This document shows, piece after piece, positions 1 to 11,120 of a DNA stretch of 64,000 nucleotides (positions are counted from its first letter, which is position 1; the number at the start of each line of letters is the position of its first letter). The position numbers and the translations under genes are program-made. The DNA is taken from contig NW_027266268.1 of assembly GCF_022045235.1 (NCBI RefSeq), positions 9,424,001 through 9,488,000 of the forward strand, given 5' to 3'. Under the pieces are notes generated by a model, which had not been told where the DNA came from, did not search any database, and saw only the letters and a program-made list of their open reading frames with translations. This DNA comes from Haliotis cracherodii (lineage: Eukaryota).

Positions 1-24
1 GGCAGACAACCTGCTGCTGTCACT
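1..24 (+). CDS. SEC16A: SEC16 exon, 3' end only (GRQPAAVT)
   Basis: Ends at donor act|gtaagt; in frame with the next exon; resembles the Sec16 central conserved domain (GRxPAA..C..E.WGDWRPHLAM). Confidence 0.85.
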
Positions 25-256
25 GTAAGTAGTTGTCCAAATAGTAGCATCTATGCCTGTGTTAGTTGAAAGGCAGACAACATGTCAATGTAACTTTTGT
101 CACTGTGAGTGGTTCTAAACCAAGTAGTATCTCCTTTCCAATTTTAGTTGCAAGGCAGATAATTTAAGAGAGTCAGTCATTGTGATTAGTTGACAAGACT
201 GTCTTGTCAAAGAGCATCTTTCAAGATGAGGGAACTTATTCTCTCCCTCCTTGCAG

Positions 257-374
257 TGTGTGGTGGATGAGCGGTGGGGAGACTGGCGACCCCATCTGGC
301 CATGATTCTGTCCAACAGCTCCAGCAAGCCGGAACTGGACAGGAAGAGCATCGCCACACTTGGAGACACCATGG
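257..374 (+). CDS. SEC16A: SEC16 exon (CVVDERWGDWRPHLAMILSNSSSKPELDRKSIATLGDTM)
   Basis: ttgcag| acceptor, g|gtagga donor; WGDWRPHLAMILSN is a hallmark of the Sec16 central conserved (ACE1) domain. Confidence 0.95.
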
Positions 375-438
375 GTAGGAGTCTAGATACTGGGCTTCAT
401 TTTTATTTGACCCTAGCCCTAGCTCTCACCTCAACCTG

Positions 439-650
439 ACCATGACCTTATTTGGTACCTTGACCTGACATGACCTCATTCGGAACCTTTACTTGACCTT
501 GACTTGACCTTGACTTTCACTCTCACTTCATCTGAAGCTCAAGTTAATTTGACAATAAGTCTGGACCTGATGATAACTATATACTCAGCCTTGACCCTGA
601 CCTGACCTGACCTGACCCTACCGGCCTGACCCTGACCCTGACCCTGAAAC
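439..650 (+). repeat. Degenerate (TGACC[T/C])n simple repeat
   Basis: Runs of tgacct/tgaccc. Confidence 0.7.
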
Positions 651-751
651 AGAGCAGATAAATATAATTTGAGGGGTCCTTTAGTGTACCTGAGATGAGT
701 TACAATGAGTTACAGCCACACAGCTGTGTTATGTTCTGTCATCTGTTGCAG

Positions 752-863
752 CTGCAAAAGGTTGTCTTCACGCCAGCCACTTCTGTTACATCATGGCACA
801 GTCAGGATTTGGGACGTACTCAAAGAAAACTTCAAAAATAGTACTTGTCGGATCTAGCCACAA
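752..863 (+). CDS. SEC16A: SEC16 exon (AAKGCLHASHFCYIMAQSGFGTYSKKTSKIVLVGSSHN)
   Basis: ttgcag|...caa|gtaagt, phase 1 to 2; HFCY.MA..GFG.Y.KKT.K.VL.GS.H Sec16 motif. Confidence 0.95.
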
Positions 864-1206
864 GTAAGTGTGGAAACACTGATACTGTCAAACTTGAGGG
901 ATGTCTTAGCTATGTTCATTGTGGAAATATTGATGTGTCTCTTCTATAATGTATATGTATTAAGTACAATGAATTGTTTGAGTAAATGTGTGTATTCTAT
1001 ACAATGTATAGTCTGACTCAGTTATGTAAGGCCCTACAACCCCTGCAGAGTTGCCTCCCTTTGTCATTCCAGGATCCACTTGATATGGTTCAAATCTCCT
1101 ATGTTCCTTTATTATGGTCCTTGGTCTGTCAGCAGCCATGCTCTTTGCTCTCACCGAAGTAGTAAAATCACTGCAGTAGTCCATCACTTCAGTTCATCTT
1201 CAAGGC

Positions 1207-1533
1207 GACCGCCTCCGTGGTCTAATGGTAGAGCGTCCGCCCGGAGAGCGGAAGATCCGGGGTTCGATCCCCAGCCGCGTCATACCAAAAGACGTTAAAA
1301 GATGGTACTTGTTGTTACCCCCGTCTGGCGCCTTGGAGTCAGTATACTGTGTCTGAGTTGGGTATTCATGTTAAACTGCGGCATGGTATCTCAGTATGCT
1401 AGCACTATAAATCGGCATCAGTCCGGACTAGTACAAGCAGCCACTCACACACACACACACATACATGTGCATGCACGTCGCTATATAAGTGCACTAATCT
1501 TCGACGCAACGTTAAACCCCATTTCACCTCACC
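1207..1533 (+). mobile_element. tRNA-derived SINE, family A (Meta/MESC-like body)
   Basis: A box tggtctaatgg, B box ggttcgatccc, body cataccaaaagacgttaaaagatggtac, CACCT tail; 13-bp TSD tcatcttcaaggc at 1194-1206 and 1534-1546. Confidence 0.85.
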
Positions 1534-1904
1534 TCATCTTCAAGGCCACATTCACCCCTATGAAAATCTTAAGTATTTCATCCCACTTCAGTCATGCAGC
1601 TTTTTGACACAGATGTACTTGTTGTTAGGGATGCTGTCAATGTGCATTCAGCTACATGGTTTACAACCTTGATCCTGTTCCCTGAGTACACTCAGTTATT
1701 TGGAGACATGTCCATCATGTTCTTTCAACTTCTAAATGCCAATGGAAGACATCAATTATTTACTGCATCAGGGTAAACTCTGATTCCCCTCCCTGTAACA
1801 GAATTGTTGATGTGAATGATGAGTGTTGGATATGATCTAGTGTTTTAGGGTCAGAGGGACATGAAGTATGATGTTCTGCCTTGACAAGTCCAGATGACTG
1901 CAGT

Positions 1905-2188
1905 GGGCACAGGTGGCCCAGTCATCTAAGACGCCGCGATTCGCTGTGCAGAGTTGCGTCCCTTTGGCACGCCAGAAACCAATGATTGTGGGTTGGAATC
2001 CCAGTTCGCCCCGATTATGTTTCTAGGTTTGTCAGCATTATACCTGTGCCTCGTGGGTTTCACCGAAGTGGTAAACGTCTGAGACCTGCATCACTTCGGG
2101 CTTTCCTCTCACATTATGCTGACACGCCATGATATAACTGGAATACTGTTAAAAGCGGGGTTAAATAAAACTCACTCACTCACTCACT
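1905..2188 (+). mobile_element. tRNA-derived SINE, family B (V-SINE-like, CACT tail)
   Basis: gtggcccagtc..ctaag A box, B box-like gggttggaatccc, ggctttcctc V-like core, (CACT)n tail; TSD ccagatga(c/t)tgcag. Confidence 0.85.
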
Positions 2189-2268
2189 GACCAGATGATT
2201 GCAGGTTGTGATGTTTAAGATGATGATGTATGTTGCATCTATCTGAAGCAAGGCTTGTGTGTTGGCAG

Positions 2269-2374
2269 CTGGACATGGGAGGAATTTGCTACTAATGAGG
2301 CCATCCAGTGTACTGAGATCTACGAGTATGCTCAGTCACTAGGCAACCAGACCTTCCTACTTCCTCATTTCCAG
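2269..2374 (+). CDS. SEC16A: SEC16 exon (WTWEEFATNEAIQCTEIYEYAQSLGNQTFLLPHFQ)
   Basis: ggcag|...cag|gtaagt, phase 2 to 0; FATNEAIQ.TE.YEYAQSLG Sec16 motif. Confidence 0.95.
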
Positions 2375-2416
2375 GTAAGTTAAGTGGAGTCTGTCGACAC
2401 TGGCAATGAATGTTAC

Positions 2417-3087
2417 CAGTGTTGTGTGTTTACGTGTTGTGTGTAGACTGGAGTGTAGTGTGTTGACAGGACCATGTAGAGGAGCATTGTGTGTTGACAG
2501 GAGCCTTGTGTTGACAGGAGCCTTGTGTTGACAGGAGCATGGAGAGGTGTGTTGTGTTGACAGGAATGTTGTGTTGACAGGAGCATGGAGAGGAGTGTTG
2601 TGTGTTGACAGGAGTGTTGTGTTGACAGGAGCATGGAGTAGGGTGTTGTGTGTTGACAGGAGCCTTGTGTTGACAGGAGCCTTGTGTTGACAGGAGCCTT
2701 GTGTTGACAGGAGCATGGAGAAGAGCGTTGTGTGTTGACAGGAGCCTTGTGTTGACAGGAGCATGGAGAAGGGTGTTGTGTGTTGACAGGAATGTTGTGT
2801 GCTGACAGGAGCCTTGTATGTTGACAGGAGCATGGAGAGGTGTGTTGTGTTGACAGGAATGTTGTGTTGACAGGAGCATGAAGAGGTGTGTTGTGTGTTG
2901 ACAGGAATGTTGTGTTGACAGGTGCATGGAGAAGGGTGTTGTGTGTTGACAGGAATGTTGTGTGCTGACAGGAGCCTTGTGTTGACAGGAGCATGGAGAA
3001 GGGTGTTGTGTGTTGACAGGAATGTTGTGTGCTGACAGGAGCCTTGTATGTTGACAGGAGCAATGACACAAGTGTTGTGTGTTGCAG
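2417..3087 (+). repeat. Compound minisatellite, core TGTGTTGACAGGA
   Basis: Mixed 19-34 bp subunits filling nearly the whole intron. Confidence 0.92.
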
Positions 3088-3141
3088 GTGTACAAGTTCC
3101 TGTATGCCAGCCGACTGGCAGAGTTTGGCTTCCTGCAGGAG
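3088..3141 (+). CDS. SEC16A: SEC16 exon (VYKFLYASRLAEFGFLQE)
   Basis: ttgcag|...gag|gtgagt, 54 nt, in frame. Confidence 0.93.
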
Positions 3142-3344
3142 GTGAGTATCCTACTGACAGTTTGATGATTTCATTCAAGGTTAAAGCTGCTAATTTTCAC
3201 AGGGACTTGTCAAAGGTGTTACACTTGATTATATCTGTACTTGAGCCTCCTTCTCTTACAAAGTGTGTGAGATAGTCTATAGATATGCTGTGTTCAGCAG
3301 TACATGGATTACATTTAGCAGGAGTTGTCGCTACTGTGTTACAG

Positions 3345-3431
3345 GCCCTGCATTACTGTGAGGTTATCTCCACCACGGTGCAGTCCGCCCCAGCGTACTT
3401 CCAGCCAGCGTTTGTCAAGGTGCTGTATGAG
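3345..3431 (+). CDS. SEC16A: SEC16 exon (ALHYCEVISTTVQSAPAYFQPAFVKVLYE)
   Basis: ttacag|...gag|gtgagt, 87 nt; A.HYCE Sec16 motif. Confidence 0.93.
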
Positions 3432-3812
3432 GTGAGTGATCTCTCCGACTCAGCCATCATTTTACTACTGCAAACTATGCACAAGGATTACCCAGATCTC
3501 TCCCCCCCATCTTGGGTAATAATTTGTTTGTTTCTTTGTTGTTTAATTCCACACTCAGCAATATTCCAGCTGTGTGATGGCAGTCTGTAATTGGTATACA
3601 ATGACATGCATCAACCAAGTCAGCGAGCCTGACCACCCTATCCTGTTAGTCACCTCTTACGACAAGCATGGAGGTTGGTGAAGACCTATTCGAACCTGTA
3701 TTCTTGGGTAATGAAACAGAGGAATAGATACAGAGATGGATATTCATCGCAATATAAAATACAGACTTTTTACTAGCTGATAGTAGTTTAAAATGTTGTT
3801 TTTCCTGTGCAG

Positions 3813-3917
3813 TTTTCCAATCGCCTGAAGTTCTACGACCCTCAGCGTGTTCACTCCGGAGAGGATGAGGACCAAGCCTGGTTGCAGCAACTGCAGGGAG
3901 TCTGTCTCGGATACGAT
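3813..3917 (+). CDS. SEC16A: SEC16 exon (FSNRLKFYDPQRVHSGEDEDQAWLQQLQGVCLGYD)
   Basis: gtgcag|...gat|gtacgt, 105 nt; RL.F.DP...WL..L end of the conserved domain. Confidence 0.9.
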
Positions 3918-4150
3918 GTACGTGCTTTACATGTAGCATACGCTGTACATACACACTGGTAGATATAGGGTGTGAGATACAATGTACATACTTCACACAA
4001 AGGATGTTCTGTACATACACACTGGTTGTGATGGGGTGTGAGATACGATGTACGTACATCACGCGAAGGCTGCTCTGTACATACACACTGGTAGGGAAAG
4101 AGTAAGAAATATGATGTACGTACATCACACGAGGGCTGGTCTGTACATAC
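3910..4150 (+). repeat. About 60-bp tandem repeat x4 beginning at the exon end
   Basis: gatacgatgtacgtacatcac...ctgtacatacacactgg. Confidence 0.75.
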
Positions 4151-4393
4151 CTTTCTTTGAAAAATGACTTTTGACATGAGATTGAAGTGCTCCAAATGCC
4201 AATTGTACAGGTCTAAATCTGGTCTTCACACACATCACATGGATACAGAGTATGACCACCATTTGTCTTGTATCCTGCCATGATATTTCTGAAATATTGC
4301 TGAAATGACATAAAATCATCACTTACTAGCAATTACTCAAACTGAAGTTCAACTCATTTGAAGTTTGTATTACTAGTGTTCTTTGTTGTGTAG

Positions 4394-4739
4394 GACGGCT
4401 CTATCCAGCCTGTGTCAGGAAATGCTACCCCGGCCATGTTTGGGGGGACAACAGCGAGTAGTGAGAGCGGGGATGTATACGGCGGCACGGCAGGGGGAGA
4501 GTACACAGCTCCCCAGTACCACCAGGATCCAGCCTACCAGCAGTACGGGCAGGACCAGGCCTATCAGCAGTATGGGCAAAATCAGCAACAACTAGAGTAC
4601 CAGCAGTCCCAGCAGCAAGCAGGGGGGCAGCATTCACAGCCATACACGGCAGAAACACACGATGAGCAGACCGTGGAACAAACACAGCAGATGACAGAGC
4701 AACAGAACCAATCTGCAGCCCAGTGGCAGAACCAGTATG
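4394..4739 (+). CDS. SEC16A: SEC16 exon, Q/Y-rich disordered region
   Basis: tgtag|gac...tat g|gtgagt; overlaps ORF 4412..4801; phase 0 to 1. Confidence 0.88.
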
Positions 4740-5304
4740 GTGAGTGTCAAACTGTCAGGGGCTGTTTTAGGTATCAAAAGGACATACAAGAGACTCGTTA
4801 GTACTGTAATACCATGGCCTTGTTTCATATTTCTACATGACCTGATGGTTTCAGTGATGTGGACCCATGAAGATAGGTCTTCAGCAACCCATGCTTGCTG
4901 TATACGGCTTCTGTGCTTGACATTAGAGGCGACTATTGGGATCGGGTGGTCAGGCTCGCTGACTTGGTTTGATGCATGTCATCATATCCCAATTGCGTAT
5001 ATTGATGCTGATAATGTTAATCACTGGATTGTCTGGACCAGACTCGATTATGTACAGACCGCCGTCATATAGCTGGAATATTGCTGAGTGCGGCGTTAAA
5101 CAACAAACAAACAAACATACAAAATTCAGTGTTGCGTGTTGTACTGTAGCCTGTGTTTCTGTCTGCTCATGTTCTTCCTTGTGGGGTTCTCATGCAGAAT
5201 GGGTTCCTCGCAACCTATTCCAAACACTTGTGAGTCACTAGCCTGAAAATGTATTGAACTTTGACTTTGGACAAACTCCTTGGGGAGGTTCTTGGCCAGT
5301 GTAT

Positions 5305-6331
5305 TGTTGTGTTGTGATGAGACTTGTTCCTGTGTGACACAGTTGTGTGGTGATGAGACTCTATCCTTTTGTGTGACACAGTTGTGTAGTGATGAGACTT
5401 GATCCCCTGTGTGACACAGTTGTGTAGTGATGAAACTTGATCCCCTGTGTGACACAGTTGTATGGTGATGAGACTTGATCCCCTGTGTGACACAGTTGTG
5501 TGGTGATGAGACTTGATCCCCGGTGTGACACAGTTGTGAAGTGATGAGACTTGATCCCCTGTGTGACACAGTTGTGTAGTGATGAGACTTGATCCCCTGT
5601 GTGACACAGTTGTGTGGTGATGAGACTTGATCCCCTGTGTGACACAGTTGTGTAGTGATGAGACTTGATCCCCTGTGTGACACAGTTGTGTAGTGATGAG
5701 ACTTGATCCCCTGTGTGACACAGTTGTGTAGTGATGAGACTTGATCCCCTGTGTGACACAGTTGTGTAGTGATGAGACTTGATCCCCTGTGTGACACAGT
5801 TGTGTGGTGATGAGACTTGATCCCCTGTGTGACACAGTTGTGTAGTGATGAGACTTGATCCCCTGTGTGACACAGTTGTGTGGTGATGAGACTTGATCCC
5901 CTGTGTGTGACACAGTTGTGTAGTGATGAGACTTGATCCCCTGTGTGACAGTTGTGTAGTGATGAGACTTGATCCCCTGTGTGACACAGTTGTGTAGTGA
6001 TGAGACTTGATCCCCTGTGTGACACAGTTGTGTGGTGATGAGACTTGATCCCCTGTGTGACACAGTTGTGTAGTGATGAGACTTGATCCCCTGTGTGACA
6101 CAGTTGTGTGGTGATGAGACTTGATCCCCTGTGTGACAGTTGTGTAGTGATGAGACTTGATCCCCTGTGTGACACAGTTGTGTGGTGATGAGACTTGATC
6201 CCTTGTGTGACAGTTGTGTGGTGATGAGTCTTGATCCCCTGTGTGACACAGTTTTGTAGTGATGAGACTTGATCCCCTGTGTGACACAGTTGTGTGGTGA
6301 TGAGACTTGATCCCCTGTGTGACACAGTTGT
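5305..6331 (+). repeat. 38-bp minisatellite, about 27 copies
   Basis: gtgatgagacttgatcccctgtgtgacacagttgtgt(a/g). Confidence 0.95.
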
Positions 6332-6349
6332 ACATGTTGCTGTATTCAG

Positions 6350-6490
6350 GTTACAACTACGGATATCAGACTGGGGAACAGCAGACTGGAGCCAATTCAG
6401 CCAATCAGAACACTGGTTACAATACTGTTCAGCAGACTGCCGCAGAGACAGCCAATCAGAACACTGGTTACAATACAGTACAGCAGACAG
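6350..6490 (+). CDS. SEC16A: SEC16 exon with internal duplication (ANQNTGYNTVQQT x2)
   Basis: ttcag|...cag|gtgaga, 141 nt, phase 1 to 1. Confidence 0.8.
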
Positions 6491-6604
6491 GTGAGATGAT
6501 TGGGAGAAGCAGATTACCTGCTGTAGCACGTGAACCAATGGGCAGACGATGAGAAGTCTGAGTTGCCAAATGTTAGATATCTGTAATCAGGATTTTCATG
6601 GAAA

Positions 6605-6895
6605 ATCGACAGCCAATCAGAGTACAGCTTACCATGTGTCATGTAATTTTAGACAGCCACTCATACTACAGCTTGCAATGTGTGGTGCAGATTCAGACAG
6701 CCAATCATAATACACCTTGCAATGTGTGGTGCAGTTTCAGACAGCCAATCATAATACAGCTTGCAATGTGTGGTGCAGTTTCAGACAGCCAATCATAATA
6801 CAGCTTGCAATGTGTGGTGCAGTTTGAGGCAGCCAATCATACTACAGCTTGCAATGTGTGGTGCAGTTTGAGACAGCCAGTCATTATACAGTGCA
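6605..6895 (+). repeat. 44-bp minisatellite, about 6 copies
   Basis: cagacagccaatcataatacagcttgcaatgtgtggtgcagttt. Confidence 0.9.
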
Positions 6896-6909
6896 TTTTG
6901 GGATTGCAG

Positions 6910-7127
6910 ATGGCCAGACCAGCCAGATGTATGGGGGCCAGGTTTACAACCAGCAATATAACCAGGGTTTCGGCCAGGACTACACTGGGTCTGACCGCCT
7001 GGCGTCTCAGCGTGGTAGTGTAGTCTCCGCACACAGTGTTGACACAGAGGGGGATCACACTGACGGGGGACAAGACATGCCTGCTGCGCCCTCTTCATCC
7101 TTTGACTACTTCGGTGCAGCCACGCAG
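6910..7127 (+). CDS. SEC16A: SEC16 exon (DGQTSQMYGGQVYNQQY...SSSFDYFGAATQ)
   Basis: ttgcag|...cag|gtaggt, phase 1 to 0. Confidence 0.88.
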
Positions 7128-7874
7128 GTAGGTGTTGCTGTCTGCAGGGCTGTAGGCTTTCACCTTAACATCCAAGAGTGTGTACTTTCAAGGGAGTTTT
7201 TGTGTTTTTTTTTCTATTTTTCTTTTATCAACATCGAAACTTCCGAATCGAGGTGGTAAAGATATTAGACCTCAATCAGTTTAGAAAGCTGACATCTGAT
7301 TAGTACTGATTCATCCTTCATTTAAATTGGTAAAGATCTGATATGAATGAGATTTGGCCTGCTACCCACAGTAAGTGTGCATGCAGAGATGTAAGTCAAA
7401 ATACAAAATACAGTGAAACTCATTCTTGGTGAACCACAGCAGCATCCTAAAAGTAAACTCTTGAGCACATTGCACAGACCCATGAAGATCCGAGTTAGAC
7501 TATGCTTGGCATAAAAGGAGATTATGGTTGTCATAAGAGACGACTAACAGGATCGGGTGGTCAGGTTTGCTGACTTGCTTGATGCATATCATCGTATCCC
7601 AATGGCGTGGATCGATGCTGATGATGTCAATCACTGGATTGTCTGGTCCAGACTTATTACTGTCGGCCGTCTTATAGCTGGAATATTGCTAAGACATTGC
7701 TAACAAACAAACAAACAAGCAACATTAAACCACCTCAATGCCTCTTGGCGTCTAAATGCCACATTTACGTCCCTTTGTCATGCCAAGATTTGCACTGTTT
7801 CTAGCTTATTACTGTTGATAGATCCATGTGCAAGAAGGACAGGTTAAAAGACTGTAGTCTCCTTTCTATTCCAG

Positions 7875-8063
7875 ACAAAGATTGTGGCTCCCCCGTCACG
7901 GTTCCGCACGACGTCAACGAGTAGTTCCACAGGAGGAGGCCGGCAGCGCACAGTGTCTGAGAGCAGCACTGGTAGTGTGAAGGCTGCGTCATCGTCCATG
8001 AAGAAGTCGGTGACTGACAGCAATGTCAAGAAAAACACTGCACTGCCCGGGAAGAAGGAACAA
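7875..8063 (+). CDS. SEC16A: SEC16 exon (TKIVAPPSRFRTTS...RQRTVSESS...PGKKEQ)
   Basis: ttccag|...caa|gtgagt, 189 nt; R.RT.SESS Sec16-like motif. Confidence 0.9.
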
Positions 8064-8739
8064 GTGAGTAAACAGATCTTTTCAGGACACAGATATGAGT
8101 TGACTGACACAGGCAGGACACTAGCATTAGTTGACTGACACAGGCAGGACACAGACCTTAGCTGACTGACACTGGTTGGACACTAACATTAGCTGACCAA
8201 TGCTGTCAGGTCACACCCATAAAGCTCTCACATGCCATTATTGGTTGTTTCTTGTTTAGCATCACACTTAGCAATGATCCATCTAATTAAAGATAGTCTA
8301 TAAATAATCATGTCTTGGCCGGAATGTCCAGAGATGTAGATCATGAGCATCAATCTGTGCGATTGGGATATGATGACAAATATCAATCAAGCAACTGAGA
8401 CTGATCGTACGACAAGCATACGTTGATGTTGCTTGGGATCTGTATTCTTCCCCGCATCCCGATGGGTTGTAATAGATTGTTATAGAATTGTAATGGGTCA
8501 ACTGTATTGTGGCCTTCACCTCGATTCACTACAGTTGCTACAGTTTTTCAAATAAACACTTCTTCTTGTGAGAGACAGTAATAGGAATATAAATACATGT
8601 TGGCCATTGATGTATTTGATTGGAATAGTTGGCCTCTAAACAGTATTGTATATATGAGATGTAGGTGTTCCTGAACTCTTCAGGCGTGAAGGAAGATATA
8701 AGGAATGTTGGATGAAATGTTTGCATGTTTCTGTTGCAG

Positions 8740-8829
8740 CCCAAGAAGAGCAGCGGAGGATGGTTTGGTGGTTGGTTCAATAAACCAAAAAATAAAGATA
8801 TGCACTTGCCAAAGGATGACAAGCCGGCG
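8740..8829 (+). CDS. SEC16A: SEC16 exon (PKKSSGGWFGGWFNKPKNKDMHLPKDDKPA)
   Basis: ttgcag|...gcg|gtaggt; GWF..WF...LP.D C-terminal Sec16 motif. Confidence 0.93.
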
Positions 8830-8839
8830 GTAGGTTGTC

Positions 8840-9455
8840 TCATATAGTTGAGTGTATGCAAATGGTAGAGTGTATGTCACATGGTTAAGTGTTTGTCAAA
8901 TGGATGAGTGTATGTCACATGGTTGAGTGTATATCACATGGTTGAGTGTATGTCACATGGTTGAGTGTATGTCACATGGTTAAGTGTATGTCAAATGGAT
9001 GAGTGTATGTCACATGGTTGAGTGTATATCACATGGTTGAGTGTATGTCACATGGTTGAGTGTATGTCACATGGTTAAGTGTATGTCAAATGGATGAGTG
9101 TATGTCACATGGTTGAGTGTATATCACATGGATGAGTGTATGTCACATGGTTGAGTGTATATCACATGGTTGAGTGTATGTCACATGGTTAAGTGTATAC
9201 ACATCGTTGAGTGTGTACACATGGTTGGAGAGGATACCACTGGTTGAGTGGATACCTCTGGTTGAGTGGATACCCTGGTTGAGTGGATACCCTGGTTGAG
9301 TGGATACCCCTTGTTGAGTGGATACCCTGGTTGAGTGGATACCCTGGTTGAGTGGATACCCCTGGTTGAGTGGATACCCTGGTTGAGTGGATACCCTGGT
9401 TGAGTGGATACCCCTGGTTGAGTAGATACCCTGGTTGAGTGTATGCACATTGTTC
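8840..9455 (+). repeat. 19-bp array grading into a 17/18-bp array
   Basis: gtatgtcacatggttgagt then ggataccctggttgagt. Confidence 0.92.
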
Positions 9456-9589
9456 AGTATATGCACTTCCTGTCAAAACAGTGAGGCATGTAGAAATGAA
9501 TTTGACCTATCCCAACAGCTATGTGACAGTGTGGAGGCAGCTATTTGAGACTGTATCCAATGATGTCTAATGTGACCTTGTCTTTGCAG

Positions 9590-9689
9590 ATTGTTTGGGA
9601 TGCGGTCAACAAGAAGTGGATTAACACAGATGGTGAAGAAGAAGATGAGAAGCCAGCTCTCCCACCCCCCAAAGACACAGAGTTGATGG
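9590..9689 (+). CDS. SEC16A: SEC16 exon (IVWDAVNKKWINTDGEEEDEKPALPPPKDTELM)
   Basis: ttgcag|...g|gtaagt; IVWD...KKW.N...PPPP-like conserved C-terminal motif. Confidence 0.95.
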
Positions 9690-9888
9690 GTAAGTACATG
9701 CACTGTTTGATGCGTGTGTGGATGGGTGTGGGTTTGTTGGGTGGGTGAGCGGTTGCCAAGAGACACTGAGTTAATGGGTGGGTACATGTTAAAGGAGGGT
9801 GTGGGTGTGTCAAATCTGTCCTTGCAGACTGTAAACACAGAGGAAGACACCCCGAGTCCACAAAGCCACACTAATGTAGCAACTCTAG

Positions 9889-10308
9889 TAGGGCTGGGAC
9901 GGGTAACTCGGGTACCCGGGTCGGGTGGGTACTGAGTAGGACCTGGGTACCCACAGGAATACCTGGACCCGTGGTTAATCACGTGATATATTGTTAATGA
10001 TAAAAATTATCAAGAACTCTATGGTTACACTACAAGTCACTAATGTTCGCATTTCCTTCTGACTATGCACCCATTCCTTCTGATTTTTCATATGGTTGAA
10101 TAAAGATATAAGTTAATTCGGGTTCAGTGTATGAATGACCAGATTGTTTAATACATGTATCTAAATACATTTTGCCAGGGCTATGCTTAAAATGTTCCCA
10201 ATCGGACATGTTGAGACCTCTCCTGAGACCAACACTGGGTACCTTGGTAGGGTCGGGTAATAGATGGGTGGGTACCCGGGTACTAAATTTGGACTCGTCC
10301 CAGCCCTA
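9889..10308. mobile_element. hAT-type MITE
   Basis: TIRs tagggctgggacg / cgtcccagcccta; 8-bp TSD aactctag (9881-9888) and aactgtag (10309-10316); subterminal gggtaccc repeats. Confidence 0.85.
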
Positions 10309-10385
10309 AACTGTAGCTACACCTATCCAGAGTATATACATATATGCTAGGGAAGCCCACGTTGACACATATATCTCTGCTGTAG

Positions 10386-10499
10386 GTAACTCTACTGGCC
10401 CACCATCTGCCGCTCCTGCTGCGGCCCTCACTGCAGCAGGGCCGACATCAGCCGGTGCCCCACCCTCCGGCAACCGCTTCTCCCGCAACAAAGGACGAG
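10386..10499 (+). CDS. SEC16A: SEC16 exon (GNSTGPPSAAPAA...GNRFSRNKGR)
   Basis: tgtag|...gag|gtaagg, phase 1 to 1; N.FSR motif. Confidence 0.9.
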
Positions 10500-10804
10500 G
10501 TAAGGCCTGCATTTTTTACAGTCTTCAGTAACCATGGTTATAGTGTTGTACAGTGTTCAGTTACCATGGTTGCAGTGTTCAGGACAACATTCATAGGTAT
10601 GTAGAGCTGTCATTGATAAATATACATTGTGGCTCCCAATGCTATACTGTTGAACATGACTAGAATGATTATACACCTTGAAAATATTTGCCAAATACCA
10701 ATGTAAATTATTAAACTATTTTGTCAACAATTGTACTACTATTAGAAAATTTCAGCAATAAAATTTAGGTCTGTGTGTTTAGGAATTCAGTCATTTTAAT
10801 ATAA

Positions 10805-11075
10805 CATTAACACAGTGAAAGCCTACAGTAGGCATGTCTCATTAACACATCACTGACAACCTACAATAGGCCTGTCTCATTAACACATCACTGACAACCT
10901 ACAGTAGGCCTATCTCATTAATACAGTGAAGACAACCTACAGTAGGCATGTCTCATTAACACAGTACTGACAACCTACAGTAGGCATATCTCATTAACAC
11001 ATCACTGACAACCTACAGTAGGCCTGTCTCATTAACACATCACTGACAACCTACAGTAGGCCTGTCTCATTAACC
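10805..11075 (+). repeat. 38-bp minisatellite, about 7 copies
   Basis: cactgacaacctacagtaggcctgtctcattaacacat. Confidence 0.9.
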
Positions 11076-11111
11076 CCTTACTAACTGTTGAACTCATTGT
11101 TTTGTCTTTAG

Positions 11112-11120
11112 GTGACCTAG
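11112..11120 (+). CDS. SEC16A: Candidate 9-nt SEC16 microexon (adds GDL)
   Basis: Perfect TACTAAC branch point 11079-11085, T-rich tract, tttag|GTGACCTAG|gtaagt; frame-preserving phase 1 to 1. Confidence 0.65.
   Translation: MT

Noticed and set aside
1209-1280. tRNA gene (also 55623-55695 and 51296-51370)
   Set aside because: A/B boxes are present but the cloverleaf and acceptor stems are broken, and they run into SINE bodies, two with TSDs
5126-6538. Long ORFs of 324-470 aa (likewise 2357-3178, 15625-16497, 37955-38628, 41636-43118, 50267-51015, 56498-57293)
   Set aside because: Open in several frames or on both strands only because the repeat units lack stops; no domain features; several lie inside SEC16 or FABP introns
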